Source of the DNA: Eledone cirrhosa
Taxonomy: Eukaryota
Direction: 5' to 3'
Length of the DNA stretch: 64,000 bases
NCBI GenBank assembly: GCA_964016885.1
Contig: OZ024741.1
Location: 146,754,001 to 146,818,000, forward strand
Shown one piece after another: positions 1 through 11,809 of this stretch (position 1 is the stretch's first letter; each line of letters starts with the position of its first letter). The notes under the pieces were generated by a model. The model did not search any database. It was not told the DNA's origin and was given only the letters and a program-made list of their open reading frames with translations. The position numbers and the translations under genes were made by a program.

Positions 1-364
1 GTACACAGTCCAAACAAACATCCAATCTCGCAAAATCCGAAATCTGTATTTTTTTGTTATCTATTTAAGGTTTAAATACGGTGTTTTTGTCGTATTGAAC
101 AGAACAAATCTTGCAGTTTTGCTTTTTGTTAAATCGCTTGTTAAACATTCATAACCTTCTATCTTAATTCTATCGTATTCTCAAACAAAAAAAACAAAAT
201 CCTCCCCATTCTACTTATAAATTACTTTAAATATATATAGTATGCTACTTGAAAGTCAAAAAGCCGATCCACCCCTTCACCCTCCTGCTTCTCCACGAGG
301 GGGCTGCGGTCAGCCACTATCCCCCCCCCCCCTCTCTTTCTTCCCCTCTATCTCTCGCTTAGCT

Positions 365-399
<35 letters not shown>

Positions 400-867
400 A
401 GATAAGTTTTCCTTCATGTTTATCCACTTTGCTTCAATTATTTCTATGATGGACTCATGTAAACCGTAAAGTACAATCCTTCTCTCCATTTCCACGCTCA
501 ATTCCGTACACAGTCCAAACAAACATCCAATCTCGCAAAATCCGAAATCTGTATTTTTTTGTTATCTATTTAAGGTTTAAATACGGTGTTTTTGTCGTAT
601 TGAACAGAACAACTTGCAGTTTTGCTTTTTGTTAAATCGCTTGTTAAACATTCATAACCTTCTATCTTAATTCTATCGTATTCTCAAACAAAAAAAACAA
701 AATCCTCCCCATTCTACTTATAAATTACTTTAAATATATATAGTATGCTACTTGAAAGTCAAAAAGCCGATCCACCCCTTCACCCTCCTGCTTCTCCACG
801 AGGGGGCTGCGGTCAGCCACTATCTCCCCCCCCCCTCTCTTTCTTCCCCTCTATCTCTCGCTTAGCT

Positions 868-904
<37 letters not shown>

Positions 905-1374
905 AGATAAGTTTTCCTTCATGTTTATCCACTTTGCTTCAATTATTTCTATGATGGACTCATGTAAACCGTAAAGTACAATCCTTCTCTCCATTTCCAC
1001 GCTCAATTCCGTACACAGTCCAAACAAACATCCAATCTCGCAAAATCCGAAATCTGTATTTTTTTGTTATCTATTTAAGGTTTAAATACGGTGTTTTTGT
1101 CGTATTGAACAGAACAAATCTTGCAGTTTTGCTTTTTGTTAAATCGCTTGTTAAACATTCATAACCTTCTATCTTAATTCTATCGTATTCTCAAACAAAA
1201 AAAACAAAATCCTCCCCATTCTACTTATAAATTACTTTAAATATATATAGTATGCTACTTGAAAGTCAAAAAGCCGATCCACCCCTTCACCCTCCTGCTT
1301 CTCCACGAGGGGGCTGCGGTCAGCCACTATCTCCCCCCCCCCTCTCTTTCTTCCCCTCTATCTCTCGCTTAGCT

Positions 1375-1411
<37 letters not shown>

Positions 1412-1881
1412 AGATAAGTTTTCCTTCATGTTTATCCACTTTGCTTCAATTATTTCTATGATGGACTCATGTAAACCGTAAAGTACAATCCTTCTCTCCA
1501 TTTCCACGCTCAATTCCGTACACAGTCCAAACAAACATCCAATCTCGCAAAATCCGAAATCTGTATTTTTTTGTTATCTATTTAAGGTTTAAATACGGTG
1601 TTTTTGTCGTATTGAACAGAACAAATCTTGCAGTTTTGCTTTTTGTTAAATCGCTTGTTAAACATTCATAACCTTCTATCTTAATTCTATCGTATTCTCA
1701 AACAAAAAAAACAAAATCCTCCCCATTCTACTTATAAATTACTTTAAATATATATAGTATGCTACTTGAAAGTCAAAAAGCCGATCCACCCCTTCACCCT
1801 CCTGCTTCTCCACGAGGGGGCTGCGGTCAGCCACTATCTCCCCCCCCCCTCTCTTTCTTCCCCTCTATCTCTCGCTTAGCT

Positions 1882-1918
<37 letters not shown>

Positions 1919-2388
1919 AGATAAGTTTTCCTTCATGTTTATCCACTTTGCTTCAATTATTTCTATGATGGACTCATGTAAACCGTAAAGTACAATCCTT
2001 CTCTCCATTTCCACGCTCAATTCCGTACACAGTCCAAACAAACATCCAATCTCGCAAAATCCGAAATCTGTATTTTTTTGTTATCTATTTAAGGTTTAAA
2101 TACGGTGTTTTTGTCGTATTGAACAGAACAAATCTTGCAGTTTTGCTTTTTGTTAAATCGCTTGTTAAACATTCATAACCTTCTATCTTAATTCTATCGT
2201 ATTCTCAAACAAAAAAAACAAAATCCTCCCCATTCTACTTATAAATTACTTTAAATATATATAGTATGCTACTTGAAAGTCAAAAAGCCGATCCACCCCT
2301 TCACCCTCCTGCTTCTCCACGAGGGGGCTGCGGTCAGCCACTATCTCCCCCCCCCCTCTCTTTCTTCCCCTCTATCTCTCGCTTAGCT

Positions 2389-2425
<37 letters not shown>

Positions 2426-2895
2426 AGATAAGTTTTCCTTCATGTTTATCCACTTTGCTTCAATTATTTCTATGATGGACTCATGTAAACCGTAAAGTAC
2501 AATCCTTCTCTCCATTTCCACGCTCAATTCCGTACACAGTCCAAACAAACATCCAATCTCGCAAAATCCGAAATCTGTATTTTTTTGTTATCTATTTAAG
2601 GTTTAAATACGGTGTTTTTGTCGTATTGAACAGAACAAATCTTGCAGTTTTGCTTTTTGTTAAATCGCTTGTTAAACATTCATAACCTTCTATCTTAATT
2701 CTATCGTATTCTCAAACAAAAAAAACAAAATCCTCCCCATTCTACTTATAAATTACTTTAAATATATATAGTATGCTACTTGAAAGTCAAAAAGCCGATC
2801 CACCCCTTCACCCTCCTGCTTCTCCACGAGGGGGCTGCGGTCAGCCACTATCTCCCCCCCCCCTCTCTTTCTTCCCCTCTATCTCTCGCTTAGCT

Positions 2896-2932
<37 letters not shown>

Positions 2933-3397
2933 AGATAAGTTTTCCTTCATGTTTATCCACTTTGCTTCAATTATTTCTATGATGGACTCATGTAAACCGT
3001 AAAGTACAATCCTTCTCTCCATTTCCACGCTCAATTCCGTACACAGTCCAAACAAACATCCAATCTCGCAAAATCCGAAATCTGTATTTTTTTGTTATCT
3101 ATTTAAGGTTTAAATACGGTGTTTTTGTCGTATTGAACAGAACAAATCTTGCAGTTTTGCTTTTTGTTAAATCGCTTGTTAAACATTCATAACCTTCTAT
3201 CTTAATTCTATCGTATTCTCAAACAAAAAAAACAAAATCCTCCCCATTCTACTTATAAATTACTTTAAATATATATAGTATGCTACTTGAAAGTCAAAAA
3301 GCCGATCCACCCCTTCACCCTCCTGCTTCTCCACGAGGGGGCTGCGCCACTATCTCCCCCCCCCCTCTCTTTCTTCCCCTCTATCTCTCGCTTAGCT

Positions 3398-3434
<37 letters not shown>

Positions 3435-3904
3435 AGATAAGTTTTCCTTCATGTTTATCCACTTTGCTTCAATTATTTCTATGATGGACTCATGTAAACC
3501 GTAAAGTACAATCCTTCTCTCCATTTCCACGCTCAATTCCGTACACAGTCCAAACAAACATCCAATCTCGCAAAATCCGAAATCTGTATTTTTTTGTTAT
3601 CTATTTAAGGTTTAAATACGGTGTTTTTGTCGTATTGAACAGAACAAATCTTGCAGTTTTGCTTTTTGTTAAATCGCTTGTTAAACATTCATAACCTTCT
3701 ATCTTAATTCTATCGTATTCTCAAACAAAAAAAACAAAATCCTCCCCATTCTACTTATAAATTACTTTAAATATATATAGTATGCTACTTGAAAGTCAAA
3801 AAGCCGATCCACCCCTTCACCCTCCTGCTTCTCCACGAGGGGGCTGCGGTCAGCCACTATCTCCCCCCCCCCTCTCTTTCTTCCCCTCTATCTCTCGCTT
3901 AGCT

Positions 3905-3941
<37 letters not shown>

Positions 3942-4411
3942 AGATAAGTTTTCCTTCATGTTTATCCACTTTGCTTCAATTATTTCTATGATGGACTCAT
4001 GTAAACCGTAAAGTACAATCCTTCTCTCCATTTCCACGCTCAATTCCGTACACAGTCCAAACAAACATCCAATCTCGCAAAATCCGAAATCTGTATTTTT
4101 TTGTTATCTATTTAAGGTTTAAATACGGTGTTTTTGTCGTATTGAACAGAACAAATCTTGCAGTTTTGCTTTTTGTTAAATCGCTTGTTAAACATTCATA
4201 ACCTTCTATCTTAATTCTATCGTATTCTCAAACAAAAAAAACAAAATCCTCCCCATTCTACTTATAAATTACTTTAAATATATATAGTATGCTACTTGAA
4301 AGTCAAAAAGCCGATCCACCCCTTCACCCTCCTGCTTCTCCACGAGGGGGCTGCGGTCAGCCACTATCTCCCCCCCCCCTCTCTTTCTTCCCCTCTATCT
4401 CTCGCTTAGCT

Positions 4412-4448
<37 letters not shown>

Positions 4449-4918
4449 AGATAAGTTTTCCTTCATGTTTATCCACTTTGCTTCAATTATTTCTATGATG
4501 GACTCATGTAAACCGTAAAGTACAATCCTTCTCTCCATTTCCACGCTCAATTCCGTACACAGTCCAAACAAACATCCAATCTCGCAAAATCCGAAATCTG
4601 TATTTTTTTGTTATCTATTTAAGGTTTAAATACGGTGTTTTTGTCGTATTGAACAGAACAAATCTTGCAGTTTTGCTTTTTGTTAAATCGCTTGTTAAAC
4701 ATTCATAACCTTCTATCTTAATTCTATCGTATTCTCAAACAAAAAAAACAAAATCCTCCCCATTCTACTTATAAATTACTTTAAATATATATAGTATGCT
4801 ACTTGAAAGTCAAAAAGCCGATCCACCCCTTCACCCTCCTGCTTCTCCACGAGGGGGCTGCGGTCAGCCACTATCTCCCCCCCCCCTCTCTTTCTTCCCC
4901 TCTATCTCTCGCTTAGCT

Positions 4919-4955
<37 letters not shown>

Positions 4956-5425
4956 AGATAAGTTTTCCTTCATGTTTATCCACTTTGCTTCAATTATTTC
5001 TATGATGGACTCATGTAAACCGTAAAGTACAATCCTTCTCTCCATTTCCACGCTCAATTCCGTACACAGTCCAAACAAACATCCAATCTCGCAAAATCCG
5101 AAATCTGTATTTTTTTGTTATCTATTTAAGGTTTAAATACGGTGTTTTTGTCGTATTGAACAGAACAAATCTTGCAGTTTTGCTTTTTGTTAAATCGCTT
5201 GTTAAACATTCATAACCTTCTATCTTAATTCTATCGTATTCTCAAACAAAAAAAACAAAATCCTCCCCATTCTACTTATAAATTACTTTAAATATATATA
5301 GTATGCTACTTGAAAGTCAAAAAGCCGATCCACCCCTTCACCCTCCTGCTTCTCCACGAGGGGGCTGCGGTCAGCCACTATCTCCCCCCCCCCTCTCTTT
5401 CTTCCCCTCTATCTCTCGCTTAGCT

Positions 5426-5462
<37 letters not shown>

Positions 5463-5932
5463 AGATAAGTTTTCCTTCATGTTTATCCACTTTGCTTCAA
5501 TTATTTCTATGATGGACTCATGTAAACCGTAAAGTACAATCCTTCTCTCCATTTCCACGCTCAATTCCGTACACAGTCCAAACAAACATCCAATCTCGCA
5601 AAATCCGAAATCTGTATTTTTTTGTTATCTATTTAAGGTTTAAATACGGTGTTTTTGTCGTATTGAACAGAACAAATCTTGCAGTTTTGCTTTTTGTTAA
5701 ATCGCTTGTTAAACATTCATAACCTTCTATCTTAATTCTATCGTATTCTCAAACAAAAAAAACAAAATCCTCCCCATTCTACTTATAAATTACTTTAAAT
5801 ATATATAGTATGCTACTTGAAAGTCAAAAAGCCGATCCACCCCTTCACCCTCCTGCTTCTCCACGAGGGGGCTGCGGTCAGCCACTATCTCCCCCCCCCC
5901 TCTCTTTCTTCCCCTCTATCTCTCGCTTAGCT

Positions 5933-5969
<37 letters not shown>

Positions 5970-6439
5970 AGATAAGTTTTCCTTCATGTTTATCCACTTT
6001 GCTTCAATTATTTCTATGATGGACTCATGTAAACCGTAAAGTACAATCCTTCTCTCCATTTCCACGCTCAATTCCGTACACAGTCCAAACAAACATCCAA
6101 TCTCGCAAAATCCGAAATCTGTATTTTTTTGTTATCTATTTAAGGTTTAAATACGGTGTTTTTGTCGTATTGAACAGAACAAATCTTGCAGTTTTGCTTT
6201 TTGTTAAATCGCTTGTTAAACATTCATAACCTTCTATCTTAATTCTATCGTATTCTCAAACAAAAAAAACAAAATCCTCCCCATTCTACTTATAAATTAC
6301 TTTAAATATATATAGTATGCTACTTGAAAGTCAAAAAGCCGATCCACCCCTTCACCCTCCTGCTTCTCCACGAGGGGGCTGCGGTCAGCCACTATCTCCC
6401 CCCCCCCTCTCTTTCTTCCCCTCTATCTCTCGCTTAGCT

Positions 6440-6476
<37 letters not shown>

Positions 6477-6946
6477 AGATAAGTTTTCCTTCATGTTTAT
6501 CCACTTTGCTTCAATTATTTCTATGATGGACTCATGTAAACCGTAAAGTACAATCCTTCTCTCCATTTCCACGCTCAATTCCGTACACAGTCCAAACAAA
6601 CATCCAATCTCGCAAAATCCGAAATCTGTATTTTTTTGTTATCTATTTAAGGTTTAAATACGGTGTTTTTGTCGTATTGAACAGAACAAATCTTGCAGTT
6701 TTGCTTTTTGTTAAATCGCTTGTTAAACATTCATAACCTTCTATCTTAATTCTATCGTATTCTCAAACAAAAAAAACAAAATCCTCCCCATTCTACTTAT
6801 AAATTACTTTAAATATATATAGTATGCTACTTGAAAGTCAAAAAGCCGATCCACCCCTTCACCCTCCTGCTTCTCCACGAGGGGGCTGCGGTCAGCCACT
6901 ATCTCCCCCCCCCCTCTCTTTCTTCCCCTCTATCTCTCGCTTAGCT

Positions 6947-6983
<37 letters not shown>

Positions 6984-7451
6984 AGATAAGTTTTCCTTCA
7001 TGTTTATCCACTTTGCTTCAATTATTTCTATGATGGACTCATGTAAACCGTAAAGTACAATCCTTCTCTCCATTTCCACGCTCAATTCCGTACACAGTCC
7101 AAACAAACATCCAATCTCGCAAAATCCGAAATCTGTATTTTTTTGTTATCTATTTAAGGTTTAAATACGGTGTTTTTGTCGTATTGAACAGAACAAATCT
7201 TGCAGTTTTGCTTTTTGTTAAATCGCTTGTTAAACATTCATAACCTTCTATCTTAATTCTATCGTATTCTCAAACAAAAAAAACAAAATCCTCCCCATTC
7301 TACTTATAAATTACTTTAAATATATATAGTATGCTACTTGAAAGTCAAAAAGCCGATCCACCCCTTCACCCTCCTGCTTCTCCACGAGGGGGCTGCGGTC
7401 AGCCACTATCTCCCCCCCCCCTCTCTTTCTTCCCCTCTATCTCTCGCTTAG

Positions 7452-7492
<41 letters not shown>

Positions 7493-7969
7493 AGATAAGT
7501 TTTCCTTCATGTTTATCCACTTTGCTTCAATTATTTCTATGATGGACTCATGTAAACCGTAAAGTACAATCCTTCTCTCCATTTCCACGCTCAATTCCGT
7601 ACACAGTCCAAACAAACATCCAATCTCGCAAAATCCGAAATCTGTATTTTTTTGTTATCTATTTAAGGTTTAAATACGGTGTTTTTGTCGTATTGAACAG
7701 AACAAATCTTGCAGTTTTGCTTTTTGCTTTTTGTTAAATCGCTTGTTAAACATTCATAACCTTCTATCTTAATTCTATCGTATTCTCAAACAAAAAAAAC
7801 AAAATCCTCCCCATTCTACTTATAAATTACTTTAAATATATATAGTATGCTACTTGAAAGTCAAAAAGCCGATCCACCCCTTCACCCTCCTGCTTCTCCA
7901 CGAGGGGGCTGCGGTCAGCCACTATCTCCCCCCCCCCTCTCTTTCTTCCCCTCTATCTCTCGCTTAGCT

Positions 7970-8004
<35 letters not shown>

Positions 8005-8474
8005 AGATAAGTTTTCCTTCATGTTTATCCACTTTGCTTCAATTATTTCTATGATGGACTCATGTAAACCGTAAAGTACAATCCTTCTCTCCATTTCCAC
8101 GCTCAATTCCGTACACAGTCCAAACAAACATCCAATCTCGCAAAATCCGAAATCTGTATTTTTTTGTTATCTATTTAAGGTTTAAATACGGTGTTTTTGT
8201 CGTATTGAACAGAACAAATCTTGCAGTTTTGCTTTTTGTTAAATCGCTTGTTAAACATTCATAACCTTCTATCTTAATTCTATCGTATTCTCAAACAAAA
8301 AAAACAAAATCCTCCCCATTCTACTTATAAATTACTTTAAATATATATAGTATGCTACTTGAAAGTCAAAAAGCCGATCCACCCCTTCACCCTCCTGCTT
8401 CTCCACGAGGGGGCTGCGGTCAGCCACTATCTCCCCCCCCCCTCTCTTTCTTCCCCTCTATCTCTCGCTTAGCT

Positions 8475-8509
<35 letters not shown>

Positions 8510-8979
8510 AGATAAGTTTTCCTTCATGTTTATCCACTTTGCTTCAATTATTTCTATGATGGACTCATGTAAACCGTAAAGTACAATCCTTCTCTCCATT
8601 TCCACGCTCAATTCCGTACACAGTCCAAACAAACATCCAATCTCGCAAAATCCGAAATCTGTATTTTTTTGTTATCTATTTAAGGTTTAAATACGGTGTT
8701 TTTGTCGTATTGAACAGAACAAATCTTGCAGTTTTGCTTTTTGTTAAATCGCTTGTTAAACATTCATAACCTTCTATCTTAATTCTATCGTATTCTCAAA
8801 CAAAAAAAACAAAATCCTCCCCATTCTACTTATAAATTACTTTAAATATATATAGTATGCTACTTGAAAGTCAAAAAGCCGATCCACCCCTTCACCCTCC
8901 TGCTTCTCCACGAGGGGGCTGCGGTCAGCCACTATCTCCCCCCCCCCTCTCTTTCTTCCCCTCTATCTCTCGCTTAGCT

Positions 8980-9014
<35 letters not shown>

Positions 9015-9485
9015 AGATAAGTTTTCCTTCATGTTTATCCACTTTGCTTCAATTATTTCTATGATGGACTCATGTAAACCGTAAAGTACAATCCTTCTCT
9101 CCATTTCCACGCTCAATTCCGTACACAGTCCAAACAAACATCCAATCTCGCAAAATCCGAAATCTGTATTTTTTTGTTATCTATTTAAGGTTTAAATACG
9201 GTGTTTTTGTCGTATTGAACAGAACAAATCTTGCAGTTTTGCTTTTTGTTAAATCGCTTGTTAAACATTCATAACCTTCTATCTTAATTCTATCGTATTC
9301 TCAAACAAAAAAAACAAAATCCTCCCCATTCTACTTATAAATTACTTTAAATATATATAGTATGCTACTTGAAAGTCAAAAAGCCGATCCACCCCTTCAC
9401 CCTCCTGCTTCTCCACGAGGGGGCTGCGGTCAGCCACTATCTCCCCCCCCCCCTCTCTTTCTTCCCCTCTATCTCTCGCTTAGCT

Positions 9486-9520
<35 letters not shown>

Positions 9521-9989
9521 AGATAAGTTTTCCTTCATGTTTATCCACTTTGCTTCAATTATTTCTATGATGGACTCATGTAAACCGTAAAGTACAATCC
9601 TTCTCTCCATTTCCACGCTCAATTCCGTACACAGTCCAAACAAACATCCAATCTCGCAAAATCCGAAATCTGTATTTTTTTGTTATCTATTTAAGGTTTA
9701 AATACGGTGTTTTTGTCGTATTGAACAGAACAAATCTTGCAGTTTTGCTTTTTGTTAAATCGCTTGTTAAACATTCATAACCTTCTATCTTAATTCTATC
9801 GTATTCTCAAACAAAAAAAACAAAATCCTCCCCATTCTACTTATAAATTACTTTAAATATATATAGTATGCTACTTGAAAGTCAAAAAGCCGATCCACCC
9901 CTTCACCCTCCTGCTTCTCCACGAGGGGGCTGCGGTCAGCCACTATCTCCCCCCCCCCCTCTCTTTCTCCCCCTCTATCTCTCGCTTAG

Positions 9990-10030
<41 letters not shown>

Positions 10031-10500
10031 AGATAAGTTTTCCTTCATGTTTATCCACTTTGCTTCAATTATTTCTATGATGGACTCATGTAAACCGTAA
10101 AGTACAATCCTTCTCTCCATTTCCACGCTCAATTCCGTACACAGTCCAAACAAACATCCAATCTCGCAAAATCCGAAATCTGTATTTTTTTGTTATCTAT
10201 TTAAGGTTTAAATACGGTGTTTTTGTCGTATTGAACAGAACAAATCTTGCAGTTTTGCTTTTTGTTAAATCGCTTGTTAAACATTCATAACCTTCTATCT
10301 TAATTCTATCGTATTCTCAAACAAAAAAAACAAAATCCTCCCCATTCTACTTATAAATTACTTTAAATATATATAGTATGCTACTTGAAAGTCAAAAAGC
10401 CGATCCACCCCTTCACCCTCCTGCTTCTCCACGAGGGGGCTGCGGTCAGCCACTATCTCCCCCCCCCCTCTCTTTCTTCCCCTCTATCTCTCGCTTAGCT

Positions 10501-10535
<35 letters not shown>

Positions 10536-11005
10536 AGATAAGTTTTCCTTCATGTTTATCCACTTTGCTTCAATTATTTCTATGATGGACTCATGTAAAC
10601 CGTAAAGTACAATCCTTCTCTCCATTTCCACGCTCAATTCCGTACACAGTCCAAACAAACATCCAATCTCGCAAAATCCGAAATCTGTATTTTTTTGTTA
10701 TCTATTTAAGGTTTAAATACGGTGTTTTTGTCGTATTGAACAGAACAAATCTTGCAGTTTTGCTTTTTGTTAAATCGCTTGTTAAACATTCATAACCTTC
10801 TATCTTAATTCTATCGTATTCTCAAACAAAAAAAACAAAATCCTCCCCATTCTACTTATAAATTACTTTAAATATATATAGTATGCTACTTGAAAGTCAA
10901 AAAGCCGATCCACCCCTTCACCCTCCTGCTTCTCCACGAGGGGGCTGCGGTCAGCCACTATCTCCCCCCCCCCTCTCTTTCTTCCCCTCTATCTCTCGCT
11001 TAGCT

Positions 11006-11040
<35 letters not shown>

Positions 11041-11305
11041 AGATAAGTTTTCCTTCATGTTTATCCACTTTGCTTCAATTATTTCTATGATGGACTCATG
11101 TAAACCGTAAAGTACAATCCTTCTCTCCATTTCCACGCTCAATTCCGTACACAGTCCAAACAAACATCCAATCTCGCAAAATCCGAAATCTGTATTTTTT
11201 TGTTATCTATTTAAGGTTTAAATACGGTGTTTTTGTCGTATTGAACAGAACAAATCTTGCAGTTTTGCTTTTTGTTAAATCGCTTGTTAAACATTCATAA
11301 CCTTC
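1..11305. repeat. Tandem satellite, ~505-507 bp monomer, 22 full copies + ~160 bp partial; may continue left of the window
   Basis: gtacacagtccaaacaaaca recurs at 1, 506, 1011, 1518, 2025 ... 10642, 11147. Units are near-identical and differ mainly in (CA)n and C-run length. The array ends abruptly at ...cataaccttc (11305). Confidence 0.98.
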
Positions 11306-11339
11306 CAGCTAGCTACCCCACACCCCTCCCTCCCGCCCC

Positions 11340-11490
11340 CACACGCCACCATACTTAATACGTGGACCAATCATAAGCCAGACCCCCCCCCCCGCATCAC
11401 CACCATTATTATAAGCCAGAGCCACCCACCCCCACCCCCACGCATCACCATTATTATTATTACGCGGACCAAATCATAAGCCAGAGGCCT
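11340..11490. repeat. Three degenerate ~50-60 bp GC-rich repeats (core cg(t/c)ggacca(a)atcataagccaga) between the satellite and the LINE
   Basis: ataagccaga at ~11373, ~11411 and ~11476, with C-rich tracts and cgcatcacca between successive copies. Confidence 0.6.
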
Positions 11491-11614
11491 ATACTATCGC
11501 TTGCCCGGTTGCCTTCGATATATGATGGATGGATGGATGGATGGATGGACGGACGGACTGCGGAATCCTTGGAGAGTGGAAGGGAGAGAAAAATCTGGAC
11601 GCCCAGAGCGAAAA

Positions 11615-11796
11615 TGCCAATGCTAAAGTCAAATTCACCTCGTGGACGAGAATGCGAGCACTCTTCTTTGTTTCGCCCGCGGATGGCTAACATAACCCCA
11701 TCTCCCCCCCGCCCCACACCACCCCCACCCTCCAAACGCGATCCAAAACTTCAGAGTCGGTACCATAAATGTAGGCACCCTAAAGGGTCGCGCTAA
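11615..11796 (+). other. Short upstream ORF region overlapping the in-frame N-terminal extension of the LINE ORF in a different frame
   Basis: Met codons of MPMLKS... and MANITP... lie in the 11509..11796 frame; its stop falls inside the conserved FRVGTINVGTLKGR-coding segment. Confidence 0.5.
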
Positions 11797-11809
11797 CGAG
11801 GTTGTAGAA

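Noticed and set aside
281-320. HDV-like ribozyme (ctccacg resembles L3)
   Set aside because: P1, P2 and J4/2 cannot be assembled.
310-11163. Repeated 65-70 aa ORFs in the satellite
   Set aside because: They read through (CA)n and C-runs and switch strand or disappear with microsatellite length; no homology recognised.
1-11305. CRISPR array, or a 5S/snRNA/SL-RNA/histone gene cluster
   Set aside because: No variable spacers and no recognisable 5S, U snRNA, Sm-site or histone motifs.
11630-11695. HDV-like ribozyme in the LINE 5'UTR (acctcgt...ggctaa)
   Set aside because: L3 lacks the initial U and no P1 partner was found by eye; a descriptor search is still worthwhile.
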